Source: Promethearchaeota archaeon | Lineage (GTDB): Archaea; Asgardarchaeota; Lokiarchaeia; Sigyniarchaeales; SOKP01 | NCBI GenBank assembly: GCA_048940645.1 | Contig: JBHLOI010000007.1 | Span: 1 to 64,000 of the forward strand | Direction of reading: 5' to 3' | DNA length: 64,000 nt | Part shown: one piece after another, positions 39,612 through 49,159 of the stretch | Numbering within the stretch: the stretch's first letter is position 1 | Layout of the letters: each line of letters starts with the position of its first letter | The notes under the pieces: model-generated | Databases searched by the model: none | The model's input: the letters and a program-made list of their open reading frames with translations, nothing else | What the model was told of the DNA's origin: nothing | Position numbers and translations under genes: made by a program

Positions 39612-40235
39612 ATGAATCTTAAAAATATTTTTTCAGAACTCATACTAGCATTAGATAAATTAGATCTAGACCGTGAAGAAATATTAAAAATTTCTCGAAC
39701 AATTATTCGCGATTGTAGTATTGCAATTAAAAATATTCATAGAAAAGAATATGAACAATATCATGAGAAATTAACTAATATTAAACTTGTTCATGAAAAA
39801 CTCGTTTCAATTGTAAAAAATAATCCTGGAGCATTTTTTAAGTACTTAAAAACTCCTGAACAAGAATATGCTGAAGCAATAACCTTCTATTCAATTATAG
39901 CTAATAAAGAATTACCCAACCCTAGCGAATTGAATATCAATCCATTGAATTATGCATTCGGTTTAGCCGATGTTATTGGAGAATTAAGAAGATATGCATT
40001 AGATAATATAAGAAATTCACAGATTCAAGATTTGAACAAAATTTTAGAAATAATGGATGAAATTTATTCTTATTTATTTGCAATAGATTATCCTTCTGGA
40101 TTAACTCAGGATCTAAGACAGAAAACCGATAGAGCAAGAAGCATAATCGAAAAAACGCGAGGAGATATTTCGATTGCTCTACAAATGAATGAATTAAAAA
40201 TATGCATAGAAAAGAATGTCAAATTTAATAAATAA
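39612..40235 (+). CDS. Translin/TRAX family protein
   Basis: REEILKISR, QEYAEA, GLADVIGELRR, LRQKTD..R..IEKTRGD. Confidence 0.9.
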   Translation: MNLKNIFSELILALDKLDLDREEILKISRTIIRDCSIAIKNIHRKEYEQYHEKLTNIKLVHEKLVSIVKNNPGAFFKYLKTPEQEYAEAITFYSIIANKELPNPSELNINPLNYAFGLADVIGELRRYALDNIRNSQIQDLNKILEIMDEIYSYLFAIDYPSGLTQDLRQKTDRARSIIEKTRGDISIALQMNELKICIEKNVKFNK

Positions 40236-40262
40236 AATAGAAAAATCTCTATAACGATACCA

Positions 40263-41822
40263 ATGCCATTTGAAACTGAAAAAATAAAACATGAAAGCAA
40301 GATAAATTATGAGAAAGCATGGCTTGAGACTAAAAACCTTTTGAAGTTAAAAGGCAAATATTTTAATTTAGTGAAAAAGGGGAAAAGCCACATTGTAAAT
40401 GACTTTATCTTTGATGTCAGGAAAAAAATTCTCTCTCTAGGATTTGAAGAATTAGTTTTACCAATGTTTGTCGAGGAAAGTGAAATTTATAAGCAATATG
40501 GCCCAGAAGCTGCTTTAATTCTCGATAGATTATTTTATTTAGCGGGTTTACCTCGCCCAGATATTGGAATTTCAAATAAAAAAATTAATTTTTTATTGAA
40601 AATAATTCCAAATTTTAACAAAATTGATGAACTAAAGAATATCTTTAGAGCATATAAAAAAGGAGAAATTGAGGCTGATGATTTAATTGAAATTTTTATT
40701 GAAAGGTTGAATGTTGAAGAGACTGAAGCCACCGAAATTATTGATAAAGTTTTTCCAGAATTGAAAAATTTAAAACCAATACCTACAAAAACTACTCTCA
40801 GAAGTCATACTACGGCTCTATGGTTTTTAGTATTAAATGAATTGCAGAAAAAAAAGCCCCTTCCACTTCAATATTTTTCAATTTGCCCTAAATTTCGTCG
40901 AGAACAAAAAATTGATGCAACTCATCTATACTGTTCTAATACTTTATCTTTAGTTATCATGGCAGAAGAAATCTCCTTGGAAGATTGTCAGAATATAGCA
41001 TCTGATATATGTGAAAAAATGGGGTTTAAAAATAATAAATCAGATATTAAGAAAGCTACATCAAAGTATTATGCTCCTCAAACTGAGTTTGAAATATTTG
41101 TAGAACATCCTAAAACTAAAGAATGGATTGAGATTGGAGACGGAGGATTTTATTCTCCTGTAAGTTTAGCACAATATAATATTCAGTACCCTGTTTTTAA
41201 TATTGGTTTTGGTGTTGAAAGAATTTGTATGATAAAAACTGAAATTGAAGACATTAGAAAATTAGTATATCCTTACTTTTATGAAGATATTGCATTTTCA
41301 GATGAAGAAATCAGTAGATCTATTAACTATAAATATATACCATTGACTGAAAAAGGGATTGAAATCAAAAATGCAATTTTACAAACGGCATTGAATAGCA
41401 AGGATGAGAAATCTCCTATAGAAATTAAGGTTTGGGAAGGAACCATAAAAAATAAGAGGATTGCTGTATTTATATGGGAAAAAGATAAAAATGTAAAATT
41501 GTTAGGCCCTGCCTCCCTTAATAAGATATGGGTACAAGATGGAAATATTATTGGATTACCTCCAAATGAAATTCCTGAAAATGCAATCAACACAAATAAA
41601 AATTATCTTGAAGCTATCGCTTCAGAAATGGCTTATAATATAGAAATTTTACTAGATCAAAATAAAACTTCTTATGAACATAGAATAAAAATGTGTTATC
41701 GTGCTTCTGAAGTGAATTTAGAGGTAAATGATGTTGTACTAGAATATATTCACTCTAGACAAAAAAAAATTGATATTAGAGGCCCCGTTTTCATCGGTCT
41801 TTCATTTAATGTAATTGAATGA
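40263..41822 (+). CDS. sepS: O-phosphoseryl-tRNA synthetase (SepRS)
   Basis: YEKAW, KQYGPEA..ILDRLFYLAGLPRPDIG, LRSHTT, FRREQ..DATHL, SKYY.P.TE.E, YSPVSL, GFGVER, IDIRGPVF. Confidence 0.93.
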   Translation: MPFETEKIKHESKINYEKAWLETKNLLKLKGKYFNLVKKGKSHIVNDFIFDVRKKILSLGFEELVLPMFVEESEIYKQYGPEAALILDRLFYLAGLPRPDIGISNKKINFLLKIIPNFNKIDELKNIFRAYKKGEIEADDLIEIFIERLNVEETEATEIIDKVFPELKNLKPIPTKTTLRSHTTALWFLVLNELQKKKPLPLQYFSICPKFRREQKIDATHLYCSNTLSLVIMAEEISLEDCQNIASDICEKMGFKNNKSDIKKATSKYYAPQTEFEIFVEHPKTKEWIEIGDGGFYSPVSLAQYNIQYPVFNIGFGVERICMIKTEIEDIRKLVYPYFYEDIAFSDEEISRSINYKYIPLTEKGIEIKNAILQTALNSKDEKSPIEIKVWEGTIKNKRIAVFIWEKDKNVKLLGPASLNKIWVQDGNIIGLPPNEIPENAINTNKNYLEAIASEMAYNIEILLDQNKTSYEHRIKMCYRASEVNLEVNDVVLEYIHSRQKKIDIRGPVFIGLSFNVIE

Positions 41823-41844
41823 ATATTAGAAAATAGGTTTTAAA

Positions 41845-42288
41845 ATGAAAAAAAAGGTATTGATTGCTGGAACATTCGATATTATTCATGCAGGTCATAT
41901 CTACTTGATTAATGAAGCTGCTAAATTAGGAGACGTTTATGTTATTGTAGCTACAGATAAAAATAGAGCATTATATTCGGGAGTTGCCCCGATTGTTTCA
42001 CAGGAGCAAAGACTTGAAGTTGTAAAAGGTATAAAAAATGTAAAAGAAGCTAGATTAGGAAGAAGCGATAATGATACTCTTAAGACAGTTGAAGAGATTA
42101 ATCCAGATATTATTTTATTAGGTCCAGATCAAAAGTATGATCTTAATACTTTAAAAGAAGGATTAAAAAGAAAAGGATTAAGCCATATAGAAGTAAAAAG
42201 AATGAAATCATATTATGATAAATATGCATTGCATTCTTCTAGTTTAATAAAAAGGAAAATTATTAAGACTCACAAAGAAAATAAATAG
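41845..42288 (+). CDS. ribL: Archaeal FAD synthase (cytidylyltransferase family)
   Basis: GTFDIIHAGH, PDIILLGPDQ, SSS..K; adjacent to riboflavin kinase. Confidence 0.85.
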   Translation: MKKKVLIAGTFDIIHAGHIYLINEAAKLGDVYVIVATDKNRALYSGVAPIVSQEQRLEVVKGIKNVKEARLGRSDNDTLKTVEEINPDIILLGPDQKYDLNTLKEGLKRKGLSHIEVKRMKSYYDKYALHSSSLIKRKIIKTHKENK

Positions 42289-42296
42289 TTGCATAT

Positions 42297-43007
42297 TTGA
42301 TGAAAGAAAGTGAAGAAATCACCCCTGAAAATTATGCTAATTGGTTTGCTCTTTTTGAACTTTGTCGACTAACAAAAAATAGAAGATCTATTAATATTAG
42401 TAGCGTAGAATTTGGAGAACTATTAGGTTTAAGTCAACAAACTGGAAGTCGAAGAATTAAAGATTTAGTAGATTTAGGCTGGATAAAAAGAAGAAGTGAA
42501 GGTAAAACACAGAAAATTTCGATTACAAAAGAGGGAGCAAGCGTAATGCTTAATATATATAAAAATCTGAAGGATCTTCTCGAATCAATATTAATTGTCG
42601 GGGAAGTAGTTGAAGGAATGCATGAGGGAGGCTATTATGTGGCTATTAAAAGCTATTTTGATCAATTTAAAAATAGATTGGGTTTTGAACCTTATAAGGG
42701 CACACTCAATTTGAAGTTAAGTGATACAGATAATTCAATTTTAAGAGAAAAACTGCAATATATTAGACCTGTGATTATTAATGGATTTAAAAATCAAGAA
42801 AGAGAATACGGTCCCGTAAAATGTTATGACGTATACATTTACAGGTTGGATAACAAAAATAATCGTCGTAAAGCAGCAATACTCGATATAAAACGAACCC
42901 ATCATAAAAAGAATGTAGTAGAAATTTTAGCTAAACCTTATTTGAGAGACTATTTCAACTTGAAAGATGGAGACAAACTTATTATTGAAGTAATTAAAAA
43001 AGAATAA
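42297..43007 (+). CDS. ribK: CTP-dependent riboflavin kinase with N-terminal HTH (RbkR-type)
   Basis: LGLSQQTGSRRI HTH; GMHEGGYYV, LGFEPYKGTLN, RTHH...VEILA..LR...LKDGD. Confidence 0.92.
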   Translation: MMKESEEITPENYANWFALFELCRLTKNRRSINISSVEFGELLGLSQQTGSRRIKDLVDLGWIKRRSEGKTQKISITKEGASVMLNIYKNLKDLLESILIVGEVVEGMHEGGYYVAIKSYFDQFKNRLGFEPYKGTLNLKLSDTDNSILREKLQYIRPVIINGFKNQEREYGPVKCYDVYIYRLDNKNNRRKAAILDIKRTHHKKNVVEILAKPYLRDYFNLKDGDKLIIEVIKKE

Positions 43008-43023
43008 AGGTTCCATAGTTATA

Positions 43024-43710
43024 TCAATTTTTTTCACTTATATAATTGGTTATTGATTTATTAATTTTGAAATACCTATAAAAACTCGTTGCTAAGACCA
43101 AGATCATAAAAACAAAAAGTAATTCATCTATATATCCTAAAAAAGACGTTAATAACATAGATATGAATATATAAAATAATCTTTCCGATCTTGCCATTAA
43201 TCCAAAATCAAAATCTCCCTTATATATTCCCTCTGCTTTAGCTCGTAAATAGCTAATCATAAGAGAGGCTATAAAGGAAATAAGTATAACTATTTTTACA
43301 TCTATAAAATTCCAGAGAATATTATCCCAACAATAAATTAATAGGGCTAAAAAAATTATAAACTCACTAATCCTATCCATTAATGAATCAAAAAAACCCC
43401 CAAAAGTAGAAGTTTTATCTGTTAATCTGGCAATTTCTCCATCTACTCCATCAAAAATCCCAGTAATAAAGACAAAGATTGAAAATAGAAAGAGATTAGA
43501 TAAAATCACCAGAAAAAAAAAACTTAGAAAGGAGAACGCTAACATTAAACAAGTAGCAATATTTGGAGTAACCCCAATCTTACTTAAAGCTTTGGCTAGA
43601 ATTTTTATCAAAGGACGGAATATTCTGCGTAATCGGAATTTTGAGGGCATAATTATTAAGTTAAAGAATTTTATGAAAGATTTTGAGCTTATCCTTTTGA
43701 AATTAACCAA
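43024..43710 (-). CDS. CDP-alcohol phosphatidyltransferase (archaeal phospholipid synthase); likely start ATG 43650
   Basis: TPN; DGVDGEIAR...FGGFFDSLMDR; SYLRAKAE; RSER. Confidence 0.92.
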   Translation of the reverse strand: MVNFKRISSKSFIKFFNLIIMPSKFRLRRIFRPLIKILAKALSKIGVTPNIATCLMLAFSFLSFFFLVILSNLFLFSIFVFITGIFDGVDGEIARLTDKTSTFGGFFDSLMDRISEFIIFLALLIYCWDNILWNFIDVKIVILISFIASLMISYLRAKAEGIYKGDFDFGLMARSERLFYIFISMLLTSFLGYIDELLFVFMILVLATSFYRYFKINKSITNYISEKN

Positions 43711-43828
43711 TTCTACGGTAAGTTCATTTTTATATAATATTTAATTATTACAATAATATAATTTTTTTAATTTCATAGTTTAAATTAAATAATAAATTCG
43801 AATAAAACATAAGAGAATGTGAATACTA

Positions 43829-44128
43829 TTGAAATTGCGATTGATACTAAAAGTAAAAACCAAAAAAAACAAAGAAGTATCTATAAAATTTAATGTTGCT
43901 CCAAAAAAGCATATTGGATTTATTAATTTTATAAATCTAGTCTTAAATCAAGATTTACCAATCACCCTCTCTTTTGAAAAAGTAAGTAAATCAGGTGATA
44001 AAGAAGAAAGTAAGATTGCAGGAGTTTTTAAATTCCAAGGGAAAGATACGTTAGCTTTACACCAATTGAATGAGGAAATCCAAGAAGAACAACGTAAACG
44101 TAAAAAACAACATCAAAAACGTTTATAA
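43829..44128 (+). CDS. Hypothetical basic protein
   Basis: ORF track; GTGA 6-7 nt upstream of the TTG. Confidence 0.65.
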   Translation: MKLRLILKVKTKKNKEVSIKFNVAPKKHIGFINFINLVLNQDLPITLSFEKVSKSGDKEESKIAGVFKFQGKDTLALHQLNEEIQEEQRKRKKQHQKRL

Positions 44129-44146
44129 TAATAAAGTTCTTACCCT

Positions 44147-44914
44147 TTAAGATAAACTAATAAACCCTAATTTAATTAAGTTCTTACATATATTATAAAC
44201 TTTTTCATGTCCCAAATTTAATTTATTTGTAATTAATTTAATTGATTTTTTCCCATCTATTTCATAGTAAATTTTACAAGCAGTATCTCCTGTTAAATAA
44301 TATTTAGGATTAATTTTGTTAGAACTTATAAGCTTCGGAATTTCTCTACAGTATTCCGGTAAGTCTTCTATGGTTTCATTTTCTGTTTTTAATGCTAATA
44401 GACACGACTCCTCGTTGATTTTTTCCTCAACACTTTTAAAAAGTTCAGTAACTTTTTCTTTGAATTCTTCTTCTTTTTCTTCCTGCTCTTCAGTGACATA
44501 GATATTTAAGATGTGTTCAAATGATTTAAATGCATTAATTTTTCCATTCCAATTTAAAATTTGATTAATATTATATTTATTTAAAAAAGCAAAAGAAATT
44601 TTCCTTAAAACTCTTTGAACATCTACAGCTTTAGAGTCATCGTCATATGTAGCTAGATATATTAAATTAGGAATACTAGATTCTTTAAGAAATGATAATT
44701 TGAGATCGTTATTAGAAAGTTTTAATTCACTAATAGTTCCAAGATCTTCAAATGAGTCAGAAAATGAATTTAATGCAGTAAAAAAACCAGAAACCATAAT
44801 TAAGTTATCTTCATGTGAAAAAAGTTTTCCTGATTTAGAAATTTCAGCTGAATTAAAAAAACTTCTATTTAATAGTGGTAATCCATCTTTGATGATGATA
44901 ATATCTCTGATCAT
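44147..44914 (-). CDS. Longin-like domain protein with C-terminal winged helix
   Basis: IIIIKDGLPLL...MVSGFFTALNSFS...; C-terminal IDGKKSIKLITNKLNL..EKVYNICKNLIKLGFI. Confidence 0.7.
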   Translation of the reverse strand: MIRDIIIIKDGLPLLNRSFFNSAEISKSGKLFSHEDNLIMVSGFFTALNSFSDSFEDLGTISELKLSNNDLKLSFLKESSIPNLIYLATYDDDSKAVDVQRVLRKISFAFLNKYNINQILNWNGKINAFKSFEHILNIYVTEEQEEKEEEFKEKVTELFKSVEEKINEESCLLALKTENETIEDLPEYCREIPKLISSNKINPKYYLTGDTACKIYYEIDGKKSIKLITNKLNLGHEKVYNICKNLIKLGFISLS

Positions 44915-45101
44915 TTGAAACTCAATAATTAATGTATAGAAAATTATAAAAATTAAATTCTTATATTCAACGAATATATCAATAAAAATCTAAGTGCCTA
45001 AAAAGAAAAAAAAATGTAATATCTAAATGATATTGAAATAATATCATTTATAATTAGAAAATTCATCACTCACCTAAATATTATAAAGGTTAGTAATAGA
45101 G

Positions 45102-45848
45102 TTGAAACCTCTGAAAGCTGTGATCTTGTGTGCAGGTTATGGAAAGCGATTGCGCCCATATACTAATATCTATCAAAAATCTATGTTACCCGTTCATGGT
45201 AAACCCCTATTAGAATATTTAGTTGAAGGTTTAATCCATGCTGGTTTCAGAGATTTAATAATTGTAGTAGGATTTAGAAAAGAACAAATTATACGCCATT
45301 TTCAAGATGGAAAAAACTGGGGACTAAATATTGAATATGTTATTCAAAAAAATTTAAATGGGACAGGTGGAGCTCTATTACTCTGTGAGAATTTAATCCA
45401 AGACCAACATTTTTTTCTAATTTGGGGAGATATTTTAGTTCCTTATCAAATATATGTAGAAGTTTACGATTTATATAAAAAAGAAAATCAAGATTTCATA
45501 CTAGTTGCTAATTATATGAAGGATACCCATAAAGGAGCTACTATTTATTATGATGGCCTCTATTGTGTAAATATAATTGAAAAACCAAAAAAGAAAAAAT
45601 CAAAATCAAATTATAATAATTGTGGAATTTTTATTCTATCAACAGAGATATTCGAAGTGTTAAAATCTTTAAAATCCTCTAAAAGAGGTGAAATAGAACT
45701 ACCGCAAGCAATAAATATGGGAATAAAAGAAAGAAATTGGAAAGTCCGAATAGTCAAAATGGAAAAAAAGCAATTTAGAGGGGATTTTGGTGATAAAAAT
45801 GTCTATAAGCAACTAAAATCCGATTCAACTTGGCTTAATAAAATATAA
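45102..45848 (+). CDS. Sugar-phosphate nucleotidyltransferase (RmlA/GlmU-N-like)
   Basis: ILCAGYGKRLRP.T...KSMLPV.GKP, GTGGAL, WGD, EKP, RGEIEL. Confidence 0.9.
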   Translation: MKPLKAVILCAGYGKRLRPYTNIYQKSMLPVHGKPLLEYLVEGLIHAGFRDLIIVVGFRKEQIIRHFQDGKNWGLNIEYVIQKNLNGTGGALLLCENLIQDQHFFLIWGDILVPYQIYVEVYDLYKKENQDFILVANYMKDTHKGATIYYDGLYCVNIIEKPKKKKSKSNYNNCGIFILSTEIFEVLKSLKSSKRGEIELPQAINMGIKERNWKVRIVKMEKKQFRGDFGDKNVYKQLKSDSTWLNKI

Positions 45849-45865
45849 TATTAAACAAAATTATT

Positions 45866-46840
45866 TTAATCCTCTTCAAGTTCAGGAGGCTCAGGAAGAT
45901 CAACTTGCTCCGTAGCTGCGGGAGGTTCATCAGGCTCAGGAAATTCGGGGGGCTCTGGATGTTTAAGTTCTTTTGTTCTTCGATATCTGCGATATAAAAC
46001 AACACCAATGATAGCAACTGCTCCTATTGCTACAGCTAAAATTATATAAAACCATGGGATTTCTGGTGGAGCAATTTCGCGATACCTAAAAAGATTACCT
46101 TCTAATACAGTACCAATACAGTCTGTATCGATGTCAATTTGATCAATACCAGTATAGCCACCATTATTGTAAATATAATTTTCAATTATTCGAGTATTAT
46201 TACTTTCAGAATGTATTTTTATCCCATAATCTCCAGAATCATAAATTTCATTTGCAATAATTGTATTATTATTTGAATATACAAATCTGATTCCATGTGT
46301 GCTATTTTGAATATAGTTATTTCTAAGTTCGTTCTTATCAGAATTCAAGAAATAAATTTCTCTACAATTCAGTATTTGGTTATCTGAAATAGTAATATTA
46401 TTGGAATAAAATAATTGAATTGCGCCTAAGTTTATATCATTGTCAAATATCAAACCATTAGTAACATTATTTAATCTAATAGTTGTACCAATTGTGTCTG
46501 AATTTTCTAAAGTACAATTTTGTATCTTAAAATAAGCATCAGTATTATTTATAAAGATACAGTTTGTAGGTCCATCTATATCTATAGTAAAATCTTCTAT
46601 TACATAAGGATTCCCATAAGTACCATCTCCCCCGGGAGTAACTCCATTAGCAAGAGTAAAATTACCATTTCCATTTATAATGATAGGATAATGATCTATA
46701 TTCGGTTTAATTTTACTATTATCGTTTTCTATTGGGTTTACTTTAGTAAGACTGTTGTATTCAGTATGCAAAATCGAACTTATAAAGATCAAAAATAATG
46801 TAAAAAACATTAAATATTTTATTACTCTTATCTTCTTCAT
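45866..46840 (-). CDS. Cell-surface right-handed beta-helix (NosD/CASH-type) protein
   Basis: Signal peptide, GDGTYGNPYVIE, Asn-rich ladder repeats, C-terminal TM then RRYRR and a Pro/Glu tail. Confidence 0.85.
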   Translation of the reverse strand: MKKIRVIKYLMFFTLFLIFISSILHTEYNSLTKVNPIENDNSKIKPNIDHYPIIINGNGNFTLANGVTPGGDGTYGNPYVIEDFTIDIDGPTNCIFINNTDAYFKIQNCTLENSDTIGTTIRLNNVTNGLIFDNDINLGAIQLFYSNNITISDNQILNCREIYFLNSDKNELRNNYIQNSTHGIRFVYSNNNTIIANEIYDSGDYGIKIHSESNNTRIIENYIYNNGGYTGIDQIDIDTDCIGTVLEGNLFRYREIAPPEIPWFYIILAVAIGAVAIIGVVLYRRYRRTKELKHPEPPEFPEPDEPPAATEQVDLPEPPELEED

Positions 46841-47000
46841 TTTTTGGAATTCAACTTAAAATTTTTTTAATCAATTGAACATAATTACGAACTTATTAAA
46901 AAAATTTTTGGCTAACAACGTAAAAATAACAAATCATTTATAGAAAAAAAATAAATATAAAAGATCATAAAACAAAATTTAATATAATTATAGGTATAAG

Positions 47001-48956
47001 GTGAAATTCTTTATGGGGAGAAAAATATATAGAAAAATATATAGATTAATTTTAGTAATTTCCTTAATCATAATAAATACTACTCTTATTGGAACATTGA
47101 AAGAAACAACTCCGAAAGGAGTTAATGCTTTTAATGTTTTTGAAGAACTGAATAATTTAAATAAGAGAGACACAGAATTCATTTATTCCTTAAGCGAGCA
47201 AATAAATACTCCCCTTATTAGATATCTTGGACCTGACAACCACCCAATAGAAGGATTAGATCTAAAAAGTCATAGCGATGAATTATTCGAGATTGATTTT
47301 AGATTAGATGATAATACACCTGATGAGTGGGTAATCAGAGTCTATAGTTATCTTGATTATAATGTTGATGATACATCTTTAACCGATAGCGAAAAATTTG
47401 AAGATGGAAGTGATTTTAAGCAGTATCAATCTGGTACTCCTCCCATTTTGGAGGAACTTAATCCTGATGAGAGTTTTATGGGTGTTAGATATAGTAAAAT
47501 TTTAGAAGATCATGTAGAATGGACTACCTCAGAAAAAGATTATACAGCAATAAAACAGAACGTTGACATGATTAGCGATGAATTATACTTTCACGTAAAA
47601 GTTCTATACAAATTAGATTTTGAAGGAGATGATTATTATTATTATCGAACCTTCTACATCTCAAATTATTGGACACCAAATTTTAAATTTAAACCTTTAA
47701 ATATTTATGATGATGATACCTCCCCTCCAAGTTTTATTAGTATTGGAATTCAAAATCCTCCAATCTACGATAATAATGAAACTATTGATTTTGAAATAGT
47801 AGTTGAGGACGATAGTGGAATTGCAGAGTTATCTATTGATTTTCTAGGAAATCTGTATGTTGATGAAGATAAAGATAATCATATATCTATACCCAATCCT
47901 GCTATTCCAGGAGAGTATAGCTTCAATGTTATGGCTGAAGATGCAGATAATGATCGAGAAGGGGATCAACTATATTCTAATTTGTATTCAAGCTTCAAAA
48001 TTTTTGATGACGATGTTAATTGTCCCATTTTTTCAGATATATCTATCATAAATGCGCCAATATATGATAGTTATGATTATATAATTTTCGAAGTTATGGC
48101 TGAAGATGAATCTGGTATTGCAGAGTTATTTATTGATTTTATAGATACCAGATATTATTATGACGATGAAAGTATCCAAATAAAAATTCCAAATCCGAGA
48201 GTTCCTGGAATATATGAATTTACTGCCATTGCTATTGATAATGATTCTGAATATGGACAAGATCAGTTAAATATCACGGTAACTTCCTGTTTTGAGATCT
48301 TTGATGATGATATTACTCCTCCTGAAATTATAATTTCTGAAAATGAAGATTATTTCGATTTAGAAGTCATAGATAATGATGGTATAATTGATAGCGAAGC
48401 AACCGGAACCTATATAATTATCTCCCAATATGGAGAAGAAATAGCAACAGGCACATTAGATCAAGAGCAAATTAAATATCGACTTTGTAAAAATATCTTT
48501 TATTCAGGCGGCATAGGGGTTCATACATTAATCGTTCAAGCAACAAATAATGATCGAGAATGGGAAGGCGATGAAGAAACCTCAGCTATTGAAAACCAGA
48601 TTATCATAACTCCAGACGACTATTTCAAATATATAAACAAACAAATTGAAGAAATTAAAAATTATATTTGCAATATCGTAAATCCATGTATTTGTAGTTT
48701 TGTGATATGTTTTTTAAATACTATTCAAGAAGATTTAAAAGAAGCTTATAATTACTTTATGGTTGATAATATTATTGAATCTCTAGATTATGTAGGAGAC
48801 GCAAGATCAAAACTTTTGGTTAGCATAGATTTAATAGATGGTATTTATAATATTGGATGTCTATGTATTGAAGATAGAGACTTTTTATTGGCATCATTAC
48901 AGAAAATCCTTGATACTGTTGATAACTTAATAGATTGTTTAATTGACTCTATGTGA
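47001..48956 (+). CDS. Secreted acidic protein with 99-aa Ig-like repeats
   Basis: Signal peptide; DDDTSPP/DDDVNCP/DDDITPP at 47709, 48006 and 48303 (exactly 297 nt apart); Cys-rich helical C-terminus. Confidence 0.78.
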   Translation: MKFFMGRKIYRKIYRLILVISLIIINTTLIGTLKETTPKGVNAFNVFEELNNLNKRDTEFIYSLSEQINTPLIRYLGPDNHPIEGLDLKSHSDELFEIDFRLDDNTPDEWVIRVYSYLDYNVDDTSLTDSEKFEDGSDFKQYQSGTPPILEELNPDESFMGVRYSKILEDHVEWTTSEKDYTAIKQNVDMISDELYFHVKVLYKLDFEGDDYYYYRTFYISNYWTPNFKFKPLNIYDDDTSPPSFISIGIQNPPIYDNNETIDFEIVVEDDSGIAELSIDFLGNLYVDEDKDNHISIPNPAIPGEYSFNVMAEDADNDREGDQLYSNLYSSFKIFDDDVNCPIFSDISIINAPIYDSYDYIIFEVMAEDESGIAELFIDFIDTRYYYDDESIQIKIPNPRVPGIYEFTAIAIDNDSEYGQDQLNITVTSCFEIFDDDITPPEIIISENEDYFDLEVIDNDGIIDSEATGTYIIISQYGEEIATGTLDQEQIKYRLCKNIFYSGGIGVHTLIVQATNNDREWEGDEETSAIENQIIITPDDYFKYINKQIEEIKNYICNIVNPCICSFVICFLNTIQEDLKEAYNYFMVDNIIESLDYVGDARSKLLVSIDLIDGIYNIGCLCIEDRDFLLASLQKILDTVDNLIDCLIDSM

Positions 48957-49159
48957 TTTTTTCGAAAGGAATTTTGAATTTCTTTTTTTTAAAATTTTAA
49001 ATAATAACAAATTCCAACCTATATTTTATGTAATTATGGATTAATCACCACAAGAATGGTGATAATAGTGACCAAATCTATGAAAATGGTTTGAAGGAGG
49101 CAGTACCTATATCTTTTCTTATAGTTTATTGGATGGGTCGTGCTTTTAATATTTTTTAA

